62,016 nucleotides of DNA, filler included, from Porpidia crustulata (GCA_964255105.1; 4 parts of 4 records of this genome joined end to end with filler, not necessarily neighbours in it); one strand, 5' to 3'; positions 11,293-24,811 are shown, counted from the whole stretch's first letter. Program-made: numbers and translations. The notes: generated by a model from the letters alone, not told the origin.

Positions 11293-12327
11293 TTAATCTT
11301 CCCCTTCCCGTTTTCCGAGGGCGACGAAGCTACGAATCTTCTGTACGCCGGCATGGTTTTGCGCAGCAGCAGCCTCATAAGCCTTTCGATAAGCACGCAA
11401 GCCCTCCGAAAATAATTGTTTTCTATCCGTCCAGCCGACATCCTTTCTCAGCTTATCAGAAGAGACCCACTGGGAAAAGCCGATGGTCATCTGCACTACA
11501 TCGATTCCGGTGGCCTCCGGCGTGGGCAGGTATTTGATGCCGCCAGCGATTTTATACTCCATCACAAACGCCTTGGCGACTTTGTCGAGGGTTTCGTAGC
11601 GATGCCCGGAGATGTTGTAGCACTGGCCCTTGACCACATTTCGGTCCTGGTGCGTGGCTATTGCGACGTAGGCTTCAGCGCAGTCGTCAACGTGGGTCCC
11701 GTGCAGTATGCTTCGAGGGTTGGCAGTGAGCTCGAGAACGCCCTTCTGGGCAGCTTTCGCAGCTAAGACGAATAAGGAGCCGTAGTAGCTGCTACTGAGG
11801 CCGTAAAGCGTCGTTGGGCGAAGGACGACGGCATCGAAGAGGTCGGTATGGTCAAGAACCTTGGTGGCATGGCTGGCTCTGGGGACGAGAATGGGAGGGG
11901 CATTCAGGGGAGATTCTTCAGTGTGCGGAGAGAGGGAACCGTCGCCGTCTAGAGCGGTCATACCATAGTCCTTGCAGCCGGAGGTGAAGAGGACCAGAGG
12001 GCGAACGCCGGCCTGGTTACTCGCCGTCGAGAGGGCACGGAGGAGCGCGATTATATCATTGTAATGAGGGACGTAGTCGAAAATCTGCTCGGTAGTCGAG
12101 ACTATCACATCGAACGCTCGGTTGTGGTTCTGTACACGCTTGATGAATTCAACGTCGTCGGCGGATCCAAGAATGGAGATGATCTCGTCGGCCGCCAAGG
12201 ATGTCCTGGTTTCGGCTTTGCGCACAAGTCCGTAGGTCGTCCATCCTGCTCTCACAAACGCTCTGGCAACGGCATTGCCTATGTAGCCGTTTGCGCCGGT
12301 CACTAAGACTGCCTTGGCTTTTGACAT
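11293..12327 (-). CDS. NAD(P)-dependent epimerase/dehydratase (atypical/extended SDR)
   Basis: Rossmann motif VLVTGANGYIG; FTSGCKDYG, VLRPTTLYG, THVDDCAEAY, YNISG. 344 aa, intronless. Confidence 0.9.
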   Translation of the reverse strand: MSKAKAVLVTGANGYIGNAVARAFVRAGWTTYGLVRKAETRTSLAADEIISILGSADDVEFIKRVQNHNRAFDVIVSTTEQIFDYVPHYNDIIALLRALSTASNQAGVRPLVLFTSGCKDYGMTALDGDGSLSPHTEESPLNAPPILVPRASHATKVLDHTDLFDAVVLRPTTLYGLSSSYYGSLFVLAAKAAQKGVLELTANPRSILHGTHVDDCAEAYVAIATHQDRNVVKGQCYNISGHRYETLDKVAKAFVMEYKIAGGIKYLPTPEATGIDVVQMTIGFSQWVSSDKLRKDVGWTDRKQLFSEGLRAYRKAYEAAAAQNHAGVQKIRSFVALGKREGED

Positions 12328-12764
12328 CTCCGATACGGCTGCTATCTGTAGTCTTAAGTAGTATTTAAGTTGATTTTAGAATCCACTATCCCCACTGTTG
12401 GCAGGAAAAGTAGCACGCAGACTTCCTCCGAGCCATGAGGGGCAGTTTATATCATTCTTTCCATCGCTCTTCGCTGTTCTGAGTCACCGGCTTCTCGGAT
12501 GATGAGTCCACCCGGGTAAAGGGTGCACAAATCCATGTAGATGTTCCAGGTCTCGAGGTGCGTTGAAACGGTTCGGACAAGGTTCCTTCCCTTCCATGTT
12601 GGAGCTCCATATTGTTGCCTTAAAGCTGACTGGCTGCCGTCCAGGATCCTAGCGCACTGTCAGCATATACTGTTGGCGCTGTGGTGCAGTTCAATGCAAG
12701 ATTAGAGCGTTCCATGCCCCCACGCCCCTCAAAAATGTTGAAGAGGTGGGATGGTGGGGCGGTG

Positions 12765-12810
12765 GTTAACGCGAAACCACTTTACGCGTGTCGCGTTAAC
12801 TTTGTCGCGT
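12765..12810 (+). promoter_or_regulatory. MCB/SCB-like G1/S element cluster upstream of MCM4
   Basis: ACGCGAAA (12769), ACGCGT (12784) and TCGCGT (12791, 12805) lie 100-150 bp upstream of the MCM4 ATG. Confidence 0.7.
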
Positions 12811-12912
12811 TATTCGGTCTCGTTCCCACTGCATCATCCTGTCTCCGTAAAGTTTATAGCGGGTTGACGAGTCCGTTCAATTTTTGTTCTATCCTGTGAT
12901 CAAGGCCATATC

Positions 12913-15443
12913 ATGTCTTCACCTACGTCCCGTCGATCGAAACGTAATTCTGCGTCTGCGACTCCGGCACGTTCGACAAGAAATTCTGCACAGCCAGCAA
13001 GCAGTCCAGCAGCAGCTATGGCGCGGTCGTCACCAGCAGCTCGAGAGGAGACTATACAGTCGCAAGGGACTCCCCGTGCATCGCAACAGAATATTGCATC
13101 CTCATCACCCTTATTCTTTCGCTCATCTCCTGTCAATGGTGCTGCAAATACGATTAACAACGAAGCTATGCAGATAAGTTCTCCATTGAAGCAGATGTCG
13201 ATAGCAGATAGCACCCCTAGAGGCCGTGCGCATCCCCCCAATGGCAAGTTTCTGATCTTCATTTAATTGGCTATGCTAATATCGGAGTCAGATTCTTCTC
13301 CAATACGATATGCCTCGAGCTCAAGCCCGACCCGGGCCGTCAATGGGAATGCCCGTGGTCAATCTGAAATTCCAACCAGCAGCAGTGGTCTCTTTGTTCG
13401 TACTCCGAGATCATCTGCGCCAGGTGTATCTGCTCTTAATAACTCAAGACGTGGCGACATACACTCCGATATCTTCAGCGCTACCCCCGGACGCCACCGA
13501 AGGATGTTTGTTGATGAAAACGGTGTTCCAGTGCGAGAAGGTGCAGTAAACTCGGACGCGGCCACCTTCTCCAATCTTGACCCAAACACTTCCGAAGCCG
13601 ATGCAATTGGAGGTTCCTCGACAAGGATAATATGGGGGACAAATATCTCGATTCAAGATACTATGTCTACATTCAAAGAATTTCTGCGCGGTTACCAAAA
13701 GAAATATCGAATGTGGGCCGACGGTGCTACTGAGGAAGAAACTGATGAACGGGGAAGTGGGGGAAATGATCGTGAGTATATCGAGATGATGAACAACATG
13801 CGTCACCTTGGAGTCACTGGGCTCAATCTCGATCTCCGAAACCTCAAGGCTTTCCCGTCGACCGTGAAGCTCTGGCATCAAGTACAAGCATATCCGCATG
13901 AGATAGTCCCACTAATGGATCAGACAATCAAGGATGTCATCGTTGATCTGGCTGAAGAGGAGATGGCGAGGTTACGGACTGAGCAACAAAGAAACCTTGC
14001 TCAGACGAGGCCTGGCAGCTCTATGCCTGTAGTGCCAAGCTCGGAGCCGAATGGACATGCCGGTCAGTCCTTGGGCATACCAGATCTTGTGCAAGAAGCG
14101 GAGACAAAGCTGTACAAGGTGAAGCCGTTTGGCTTAGATAGTTCGGTGAATATGAGAGAGTTGAATCCCAACGATATGGACAAGATGGTCAGCATCAAAG
14201 GCCTTGTCATCCGAACTACACCAGTCATTCCAGATATGAAAACAGCCTTCTTCCGTTGTCAGGTCTGCAACCACGCAGTCAATGTGTCTCTAGATCGAGG
14301 CAAGATCGCCGAACCTACGAGATGCCCACGACAAGCTTGCGAGTCTCAAAATTCCATGCAGATTGTCCACAATCGCTGCGAATTCGCAGACAAGCAAGTC
14401 ATTAAGCTTCAAGAAACCCCCGACAATGTACCAGATGGTCAAACTCCTCACTCCGTTTCTCTGTGTGCTTATGAGGAGCTTGTGGATGTATGTAAGGCCG
14501 GTGACCGTATCGAGGTGACGGGAATTTTCAGAAGCAATCCAGTCCGCATCAATCCAAGGCAGAGGACAATCAAAGCACTTTTCAAGACCTATATTGATGT
14601 CCTGCATATTCAGAAAGTCGATAAGAGAAGGCTCGGCATCGACGTTTCTACCATTGAACAAGACTTATCTGAACAGGTCGCGGGCGATGTGGAAGAGACG
14701 AGAAAGGTGAGTGAAGAGGAAGAGGAAAAGATCAAGGCCACCGCGAGAAGAGGTGACGTCTATGAGCTATTAGCGAGATCTTTGGCGCCCAGTGTCTACG
14801 AAATGGATGACGTGAAGAAAGGAATCCTCCTACAGCTATTTGGAGGCACGAACAAATCTTTCGAGAAAGGGGGAAGCCCGAAATACCGAGGAGACATCAA
14901 TGTGCTTCTCTGTGGTGATCCGTCAACCTCAAAGTCTCAGATTTTGCAGTATGTTCACAAGATCGCTCCTCGAGGTGTGTACACGAGCGGAAAGGGGTCC
15001 TCTGCGGTTGGTCTTACTGCTTATATCAGCCGAGATCCCGAGACACGTCAAGTAGTCCTGGAGTCTGGCGCTTTGGTCCTTTCAGATGGCGGCGTCTGCT
15101 GCATTGACGAATTCGACAAAATGTCCGATTCAACCCGTTCAGTCTTGCACGAAGTCATGGAGCAGCAAACTGTCTCCATCGCCAAGGCTGGTATCATCAC
15201 CACCTTGAACGCTCGAACGAGTATCCTTGCATCTGCGAATCCAATTGGAAGCAAATACAACCCCAACCTGCCAGTTCCACAAAATATCGATCTCCCTCCC
15301 ACTCTCCTCTCGAGATTCGACCTCGTCTACCTTGTCCTCGATCGCATCGACGAACAAAGTGATCGAAGGTTAGCAAGGCATCTAGTGGGCATGTACCTCG
15401 AAGACACCCCCGAAAACGCCAGCACCCAAGAAATCCTAGTAAC
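12913..15443 (+). CDS. MCM4: DNA replication licensing factor MCM4 (3' truncated at contig end)
   Basis: S/TP-rich N-terminus, IIWGTNIS, zinc finger CQVC...CPRQAC, Walker A GDPSTSKS, Walker B IDEFDKM, arginine finger SRFD. One GC-AG intron at 13244-13291. Confidence 0.96.
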
Positions 15444-15543
15444 NNNNNNNNNNNNNNNNNNNNNNNNNNNNNNNNNNNNNNNNNNNNTTAATTAATTAAN
15501 NNNNNNNNNNNNNNNNNNNNNNNNNNNNNNNNNNNNNNNNNNN
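15444..15543. other. Artificial contig spacer (N44-TTAATTAATTAA-N44)
   Basis: 100-nt linker with stops in all six frames, identical at all three gaps. Confidence 0.97.
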
Positions 15544-15593
15544 GCGTTAGTGTTTCGATTCTAACGCACAAGTGGCGGAAGAACGTGCTTTAC

Positions 15594-16130
15594 CTCTCAG
15601 CTACCCGTCGGCACATATCACCCTCTCCCCCAATAACCAGCACGGTCCTCTCGCTCAGCGGAGTCGGATCTTCTTTCGAAGTCGGGGAATGGACTAGCTC
15701 GGCAAAGGGGGTATGGCTCTGCACAAACATGCTCGTGTTGAATGGTACGTCGAGGAGACGGCTGAGCTCAGCGACGCGGGAGGATTCATGCTTGCCGCCG
15801 CCGTTAGTGAGGAGGATGAAGGGGATTTGATGGGTTTGTAGATAGGTGAGGGTGGAGCGCGCACGGGGCAGGGGGGTCGAGGAGCGGAGAAGGACGCCAT
15901 CGATACTGTGGAGAGGTTAGAGCTTTTAATGGTCATTACTAGTAGGGACACCGGACATACTCGAATGCGAATGCAAAGGATGGAGGTTTTTTGTGAAGCT
16001 TGGTGGAGGTTTTGAGGGTGCGTTGGGTTTGGAGGTGGGGAAAGTGCCGTGATAGTTCCAAGAGCTTAGAGACTTGATATAGCTCAGAACAGAGACTCAA
16101 TGATGGTCTCTGGACCAGGTGCTGTGCCAT
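15594..16130 (-). CDS. HAD-IIA hydrolase, CECR5/HDHD5-like (5' part only; runs off the contig)
   Basis: Removing intron 15960-15906 gives FAFAFDIDGVLLRSSTPLPRARSTLTYLQTHQIPFILLTNGGG...FVQSHTPF...VLVIGG (HAD motif I DxDGVL, motif II TN). Presequence-like N-terminus. The ORF track does not show this spliced product. Confidence 0.9.
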
Positions 16131-16637
16131 TGAAGCTTAGGATATCTTCAGTTCAACTCAAACGTCGCGATAGGGCATGGCTTGGCCTTACCCTAACACG
16201 CGGAAGACAGAAAAGTCCATACCGTCAATCTCGATTCTCATCCAAATTACGACTATATCTGTAGAACACATCATCTGAACGCTACAAAGTCAAGTGATGA
16301 AGAACGAAATAAACGAAATCGATCGAGACACTGCTAGACTACGTCGAATTATTCGTGATTGAAAAATCTTCTGGAAATAAACATCAAATCTAATAGATAT
16401 TGACGAGGATCGAATTTTGCGGTATGGATTTTTCTGCTCCCCGCGTGCCTAACCGCCCGTTATCGATAAGTACCCGTATGACGGACTGCTCGGTGACTGT
16501 CCATTACGATTGATAACTTTCCATTTGTGGCGACAGCTACGACATAGTACAGTCATAGAGTCATATTGTACTGCTTCAACGTGTAAAGGTCGTCTATAGT
16601 CTCAGAGGTGCTGAGAAAGAGCCTCGAAAATTTAAAG

Positions 16638-17988
16638 ATGGACAGCGAGCTCAACGCAAGGCCGATCATGCATGTGAATAGATGCAGAAAAAAGAGTCAA
16701 ATTACAAACGACAAAGACTACACAGCAAAAACTGTCGAGAAAGTATTGCTTGATGTCAATAACTTCTCCCCAACGTCCGAGACCAAAGAATTTAGCAAAC
16801 AATTGCCGTTAGAAGTTCTCGAGCTGATATCTTCCTACGTCGCCTTATTTCCCTCCTCCCAAAGTTCCCTTTATGCTTGTTCCCAAGTCTCGCGATCTTG
16901 GTACGCAGCCTCTGTGACTAATCTCTACGAAGCTCCACAGATTTCTGGCAGAAATTTCGATCAGTTTGTCAGGACCGTGTGTCCGTCCATTAACGCCCAT
17001 GTGAGAACCAATGGGCTCGCGGAGCTGATTAAAACGCTTGACATGAGCAAGCTCGTACACAACGGAAGTAAGAGCTTGACTGCAAGGCTGCTGGGGAGGG
17101 TAAAGGGGAATTTGGAGGTATTTGTGGCACCACAGGCGTCGTTCGCGTCAGTATCCAGCCCCTACTCGATGCGAGTAGCAAGCTTACCACATACGTAACA
17201 GCGTCAACTGCCTTGCAGCACTATCACGATGCGTGAAACTAGTCCACCTCAATCTCTCTCTCGTCTCCGAGTCTCTGACAATGACCGACATCTTCCGCTC
17301 AATCAGCCATCTCAACCGCCTTGAATCCTTCAGTTTCCCTCGCGCCTGCAGCAACGACCCAAACCCTTACTCTCCTTTGAACTCCTGGCCATCAAAGCTA
17401 AAAAAGCTTGAGTTAGCTGGAGGTCTTCGTGATGAGTCCATTCTTTACTTTGCCACCGTCCCAGATACCCTGACGCACCTGACCATCGCCAATGGTCCAC
17501 ACCTATCCATGTTTTTTATTAGACCTCTGGCGGATTTCTTAGGAGCCCACCTAGAACGCCTCAGGATTGAGACATATCTACCGAATCTGGAATACCACTC
17601 GTTGGAAGACATACTTGACATCCTGCCTGCTCTCCGCCATTTCACCGTCGCGATCGAGTACATCTCGAAAGACTTCTTCATGCCAAGCATGGTCTATACC
17701 GCATCGAATCCCCACAGACTCCGGTCATTGAAACTGAGTTCTCTCTATTTAGATCTTTCGCTGGCGATCAAGGAGATCACTGCAGACACAGTGTGGACTG
17801 CGGTGGTGGACGGGCCGTTGAAGAACCTGAGGAAGCTCCAGGTCTGCCAATTCTTGCAATGGTCTCGGAATGTCGAGAGTCGACGGGGGGTTAAGGATTT
17901 GGGGGCCATGTTGGAGGCGTTGGCTCGGGAAGATTGCGAAGGTGTACCTGATGATGAACTTAATGCTGGGTTGTGGATTGTTCCATAG
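16638..17988 (+). CDS. F-box / leucine-rich-repeat protein
   Basis: F-box-like LPLEVLELISSY...CSQVSRSW, then FDQFVRTVCPSINAHVR and LRR-like repeats. Intron 17147-17201 joins the two ORFs in frame. Confidence 0.88.
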
Positions 17989-20900
17989 GATCGGTGAACA
18001 GGTCTGGTCCGGGAGAAGTCTGAGAGTATTTGTATATGCAGTATGTCTACATGGGTGGATATGTAATTGGAATGCGGTACGATGGCTTTATAATTAGTAC
18101 CTTGTACAAGTAGGACGGCCGCAGAGGCGGTAAGTATCATACGCCAAACCCACAATATCGTGGCCAGGTGGCTTGAGGGTATTGCAGCAGCGACGAAAGA
18201 TATTCTTTCAAATGAACCGCCAGAACTAAACTGGGAAGACCTTAGAGCAGATGTGATGGGTTAGACCCATTAATTGGATTAGGTACTACGTACCTGCATT
18301 CTCGATACGGAATTCCTTCCGCTCAGAAGCCGATCCCAAAAGGAGGTTTTCGCGACAGAATTCCTTTCCCTCCTTAAGTTATTCTCCTTGTATTATAGGC
18401 TTAGTCTAGTCAATTGATATAGTTCACTACGACTCCTCACAGCAGAGCCGACAAGGACTGGTCTCAATCCAGCTGTACCTGCACGCATCGAAAGTTGCAA
18501 CAATATAGATACGGGAAGAAAAAGAAAGGGAAGATCGACTATACTCGAAACTTGATGCGGCAAGGGTAATCTACATAATAAAAATCGACCCTTCAATGAA
18601 TCGAAGGGGACGAAAAGAAGACTCCCAGACTGTGGATAATTCGACATGGTGGTTCAAAGTAATCGACTATTAATGAGAAGAATAAAAACGTACTGATACT
18701 AGAACCGACTTAAAACGCTTTTCATTATCAAGTCCATGGATCTCCTTGGCCTTAATCAAGTCTTCTCGTCATTGCTCGACACTTTGAACTACATATAGTC
18801 ACCTCGCAGACATTTTCTGGAGAATACTCCAAGACCATGCCGCGAACTGGCACGACTAGGAATGGCAATGGGTGAGGCGCTGTGATGGAGTTTCAACGTG
18901 AAGCTTGTCCCAGTCGTGGCCTTTGATTTAGGTTTCTATGGCTTTCATAGCAGATGAATGTGAACGTAAAGTGCCCTAGTTCGAGAAGATCCTTTGGAGT
19001 AGACAACATGAAAACTGGACGTGGGTTAGAAAGGAGACCTGAAGCTGCACGGATATTTGTTTACTCTGCTTGTATTCACCCCTCAGCAGGACACATCCCT
19101 CAGCGGGACAGCTAGGCGCAGATTAGTGAGAGTATCCCTAACCCTAAGCTATTATCGGAATGCCGCACCCTTCCGCTGCTAGACGCACCTTACCGATTAT
19201 TTATCTTCAACCTACTCTCGCTACCTGACTTCATCTGGGCCACAATGCACACGACTGAGGTGTTAAGGGCCTTTGACCCTGGACTGCCAGCCTAGCCTAC
19301 CATACGGATAACCCAACGGGATACTAGGACAAGTTTCATCATCCTCTCTGCCTCATGAGTGTCATTCGCCTCAATTAACTTCAAGCGATTGCCTTACACC
19401 ATGCGGGAGACGCCTGAACATTGGCGACCTGATTTCGCTGGCTATAATGGCGAAGAATAAGTCACAGCAGATGAGCGTCGAAATGGAGGAGAAGCCTATT
19501 CCACCTGCCGTAGGCCTCGGAATCATGCGAAGTCTTCATCCATGGTTCACATGCCCGAATCCTTCCATAGTAGGAGTCAGATCTACGGCCACCTTCGGTA
19601 GAACCTGCTCGAGCTTACTCACGCTAATTGGACAACACCGTGGGCTCGCTAGTTTACCGGAACCTCGACGCTTTGAGAAGAGCTACTACCGTCTTGAGTA
19701 TCAGCTTCCAAACCTTGCATTCATGTGTTCTGTCTTTACGGATTCGCGGATTTTGCCTACACCACTACGAAGAAGACCCACTCTTTCATTCGCCAGTAGG
19801 GTTTACCAAGAATTGCGGAATGCTATATCGGTTTGCGGAACTGCTATCGCAAATGCTAAAAGGTTTCCTTCTGAAAATCTGCCCTGATAGTGAGTGACGA
19901 AAGACATGTACCCGTAGAATAGGCTATGTGGAGTAATGTCGAGTCATGCCTTATATCAGATTTTCCTTTGAAGATATATACATCTCCTGAATTCCCGTTG
20001 TAGAATTTCTCTTGATATTTCAATTACTTTGTGGTCATTGGCGTCAGATATGGAGCCCTAGAAAGATGTTGCAATTCAGGCCAAAATCAGAAGTGCGCAA
20101 ATCCTTCCTCATTCAGACCTAGACTTTTGGGAGAGGTTTCTGGAACGAGAGTTGAGAGGTTTCCGGGGCTTTCAAAGAATATCCTGGTTGCGATCACTGT
20201 GTGGACTGAGTATCGACAATGATGAAAACCAAAGAACCCTGCCAGTCTTGGCAATCGTGGTGTTTCAAACCTACCACAGTCTCTCCTTCCTTTCTTTTCC
20301 GCTGTGAATGTACGAGATACACTTTGGCCTTAAGTCGATAACACAGTTTCCAGATCAATTATGCTGGGGGTTCCCTGTATCTGGGCTTAACCTTTCTCCC
20401 TCTCCATTCTCCCTCTCCATTAATCGTGTATATGTAAATTTTTCGTCATCGTGGGAGGTCGAAGAAAAACGTCGTTCAGCGAAGCTCCTTTGACGGCATA
20501 AGAATACTACTATAAGAAACGTTCATACACGTAGATGCCAATAGATGAGATTTTCAAACGAGCATAGTTTGGGTGTTTATTGATTTGGACTCTTTGTCTT
20601 GCACCTTTAGTGACCTTTCAGGCAGTTTCAGTGTGTTCGAATTCATTTACAGCGTCTTAAGCTCTCCAGGGTTCGACTTCGATTGCGGAGACCTGGGGAT
20701 GCACCTGCCCCGGATTTATCGGAACCACACTTTGGAAGTCTTAGGCAAGGGTTCTCCAGCTATTCCATTGCTTTTCTTAATTAGGAAATCAGCTATATGA
20801 GCACATTTTTGGTCGCAAGACCCGAGAAAGCATCTTGATCCCTGACCCAGCGCGAGCATAAATCCTCCACATCCCCCAAACTTGAATCTTTATACTTTCA

Positions 20901-21001
20901 TTTTTCTTCACTTCACTGTATGGACATACCGCCTGCCAATATTACGCTATATCCTTACAAAAATATTCATAGACAGCATCAAGACGGCGGATAACTTCAA
21001 C

Positions 21002-23019
21002 ATGGGCATGTACGAGAGCTTTTGCTCTAATATGAAGAATCATTTTGGTCTCACCGGGTATTGGCTCAACTTTTGGGTCATGGTTAGTTGCTCAACTGCA
21101 ATGTTACTCTTTGGGTACGATCAAGGTGTCTTTGGTGAGTATTCTTATACGCTCCAACATATAATAGTCAGTAGCTGAAGCTATGTAGGCGGCATCCTCA
21201 CCCTGGAAATCTTCAGTAACTACTTTGGCGTCAACGTTGAACAGGCAAAAGCGTACAGCTATGATGTTGCAACTCGTCAGGGAATCATTGTCGGGTCCTA
21301 CGATCTCGGATGCTTCGCTGGTGCTGTCCTCACAAGTCTTTTGGGAGACTATTTGGGACGGAAGAAGAGCATCTTCCTCGGCACAGTGATCATGATAATT
21401 GGTGCCTGTCTCCAGAGCGCAAGTACTACTTATGAGACCATGGTATCTGGACGGTATGTGTCCAAACATCCGGGTAATATGTCAAGCGCTGACTGTGCAA
21501 TAGCGTTATTGCTGGAATCGGCAACGGCGTGAACACTGTTACTGCGCCGGTGTGGGCAACTGAGTGCAGCAAACCCAGTGCACGGGGCAAGAATGGTATC
21601 ATCCTGATGGTGGTCAACATCCTAGGCTTGGCAGTATCATGCTGGTTGACTTGTAAGTTTACCTCGCATAAATAGTAAGTCGTAGACTGAAATTATACAG
21701 ATGGCTTCAGCTACATATCCAACAGTGATGTGTCCTGGCGCTTTCCACTTGCATTTCAAATAGTATTTGGCCTCATCATCCTGCAAACCGTTCCCTGGTT
21801 GCCAGAATCACCTCGATGGCTCATGATTAAGAATAAAGAGGACGAAGCCCTTACCACCATGGTCGCGTTGGAAGGGGCCGGTGCTACAAAAGAATGCCCT
21901 GCCATCATTACCGAGTTGGCCACCATCAAACGAATTCTTGCAGTGGAGCGGGGCGAGAAAGATAGTCAACAACAAACCCAGCAGCTCATGCCCAAATTCC
22001 GGGTCGTCCTTGGCGTTGGGTGTCAAGTTATGCAGCAGTTGACTGGCATCAACATTATCTGCTACTACCTCCCCGTTGTTTTGAACAAGTCGGTTGGCCT
22101 GACCGGGGAAGTCTCGCGGCTGCTGTCCGGCGTCAACGCTACGACCTATCTTCTGGCTACATTCATTGGCCTAAAATATATCGAAAAGTGGGGCCGTCGG
22201 CGCTTGATGATGTATGGGGCCTTTGGTCAATTTCTTTGCTGGATGATCATTGCGACTCTTCTGGGTTGTGGCCGAACGGCAACTCTGGCAAAGAAGGCAG
22301 GCTTACCAAACTTGCCGGCAACCGAGCAGAATGGCCCCTCATCGCCGTTGGTCAACATTGAATCGCCCATGGAGCGTAGATTGGCAGAAGCGTCCGTTGC
22401 ATTCTTCTTCATCTTCAACATCTTCTTCGGCGCGGGATGGCAAGGGGTATCGTGGCTCTACCCAACTGAGATCAACACCACCCAGAAGCGTATCATGGGC
22501 ATGGCCGCTGGTGTCGGCATGAATTGGCTCATCAACTTTGGCGTCGTCTTTGCCACTCCCAAAGGAATCGAATCCCTCGGATACAAGTACTACATCATCT
22601 GGACCGTCTTCAACCTCGTCTTCCTCCCAATCATCTATCTGTTCTACCCGGAAACTGCGCATCGCTCTTTGGAACAAATCGACGCTTTGTTTGAAGCTCA
22701 CCCGACCGTGTGGGTCTACAAGCACAAGTCCTTAACTAGCATTACACTACTAAGCCCCGACGAGGAAAGCCCGAAAGCGAGTGATGGATCCACTCAACCA
22801 GCTGGATCCAGTCTCTATGCGGATGTCGCAGGCCAGGCCCAGCATGCTGAGAAGGTGGAGCCAAAGTCCGAGGCTCGCAGCACGGATGAGGCAGCACCGG
22901 ATGGAGTATTGCAGACTCGAGCTCATCGTGGAGATACCCTCGAGGGAACTGCGACCTTGGGATCAGCGCCGACTTCAGAGCAGGCCCAGCATGTTGTTTC
23001 GACCGTCTCCAACGTCTAG
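21002..23019 (+). CDS. MFS sugar porter (STL1-like sugar/polyol:H+ symporter)
   Basis: Motifs LFGYDQGVFG, GDYLGRKK, SWRFPLAFQ, PESPRWL, MQQLTGIN, EKWGRR, YPET..RSLEQID. Three short 5' introns. Confidence 0.92.
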
Positions 23020-24811
23020 AGAGACGTTGCTCTTCACTCGCACCACCGGTTTCTACTTTTCTCCAGCTGTGAGAATTCAATCTTAGTACTAAGCTCTCGT
23101 GTTTGACGCTTGTTTCTTCTTTCACCTACTACTGCTTGCTCTGGGAAATGCTATTGCTTGACTACTTGTTTTTGTACTACTGGACGCGGTTCAACTTATA
23201 CATCAAGGTACTGCGCCCCCTCCTAGGTTTCTTAATGATACTAACGATTCAGACTGTAATAGATCCTAGAACATAGAAGCTTAGAACGGATGCGGGCGCG
23301 GGGTTTGGATAGAATTTTCTTTTGTTGGAAAAGTTTAGGGTCACTGGTTTTTTTAGAGTTTTCATTATTATAGCGAACGTACCTATGTATCTAATAGCTA
23401 ATAGTCGATTCTACTCTATGAACTTTGTGTGCCCGATTTCTCGCTTGTAATATTCTCCGCTTCCACAACTTCTGCTACGACCCAGAATTTATCCATTTGG
23501 AGCACGAGAAAGGTCGTCGGAGTTGGCGATGCCAGATGCTCTCGATTCAACTTCATTTCACTGAGGCCACGATATCTACTGCACGTGTTCTGACTCCCGC
23601 TCGAGCATGTTGGCCGTATATTCCAAGGACCATCCATACTTTGGGATTGCACTTTAATAAGGAGGAAGAGCGAAATCGAGGTACCACTACTTTCGAAGCT
23701 GGAATAATATCTCTTGAAGTGAAATTCTGTGTTCTCTGTGACCCTTATAGGCTGAAGGAAACGGGCGCCAACAGCTCTCCCACCTCGGTTGGCGAATTCC
23801 ACCACTCGAAGCGCCTCACACTCTTGATTCGAGCGCAACATGGCATGCAGACATCGCTTCTTCCGACCAGGTTGAGGTCGAAATAGACCTAGGTATTTAT
23901 CTTGTCCCCACGCTGAGTTGAGTACCTCGTGCGACCTACGAAACCTGACGAAACTTCTGCAGTCCAGCTGTTACGTCATGCAACCCATTGTCCACACGTG
24001 ACATGCGTACCCCGCAAAGCACTAACGAGTTTAATTATCCGCGCCGCGTGGCTGTGCTGACGATGCAGAGATTTCTTGGCTGAATACGTCCTAGATCGCG
24101 CAAAAATTCGATTTTACTCCCAATCGAGTTCTCATTTACCCATGGCCCGATTTTGCACCTTTCCTGTTTTGATATGCACTATGGCCAGCCGCCAGATCCA
24201 AGCCGGTTTGCCGTGTCCACTACTATCAAGGAGTAATCCTCATGCGTCATAGACGACTTGGGCACATTAGATCCCAGCCAGTCCCAAGCGTTGCTTGTTC
24301 TCATCACTTCCAAGGCTTGTGAGTACCTATGACACATCAATTGCTGGCGGTGGCAGAGAGCATCATGGGGAGAGCTGGCCTACGGCATCACCTCCGCGCG
24401 TCTTGGAGTCGTGAATAGCTTGACTAACTCGCCACAGAAGCAGTCTCTGAGGGTTGAGAGGCGAAGTCTGTGTGTATACTCCTGCAGAAGGGCAAGTCAA
24501 AAGCTTGGAGGATTCGGGATTTTGCCTACGATATGCTCAGCCTTGGAAGCTATGGGGGAACTCTACTTGGCCCGAATATGATGCTCCATATACAGTTTAG
24601 CTGCCAAGCTGTTTCGAATTGATTTCCACACTCGACCAATGAAGAGAAGCATCTCGAACACCACTATGTGCCCAAAGCTGGCACCAACGCTAGTTGTCGA
24701 GCGTTGCTCCTGTCTGTTTATATTCCTTCTCTCGCACTTTTTCATCGCCCAGTAGTATTCGTACTTCTACCTGCACTCTCTTGCTTGACTTACTCGCACA
24801 CATCGACCATC

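Noticed and set aside
15488..15499. TTAATTAATTAA palindrome recurring about every 15.5 kb
   Set aside because: It is an assembly linker flanked by N runs, not a biological repeat.
19136..19147. CCCTAACCCTAA telomere-like repeat
   Set aside because: Only two units and internal to the contig.
23416..23886. Overlapping 141-aa and 153-aa ORFs on opposite strands
   Set aside because: No motifs or splice support on either strand.
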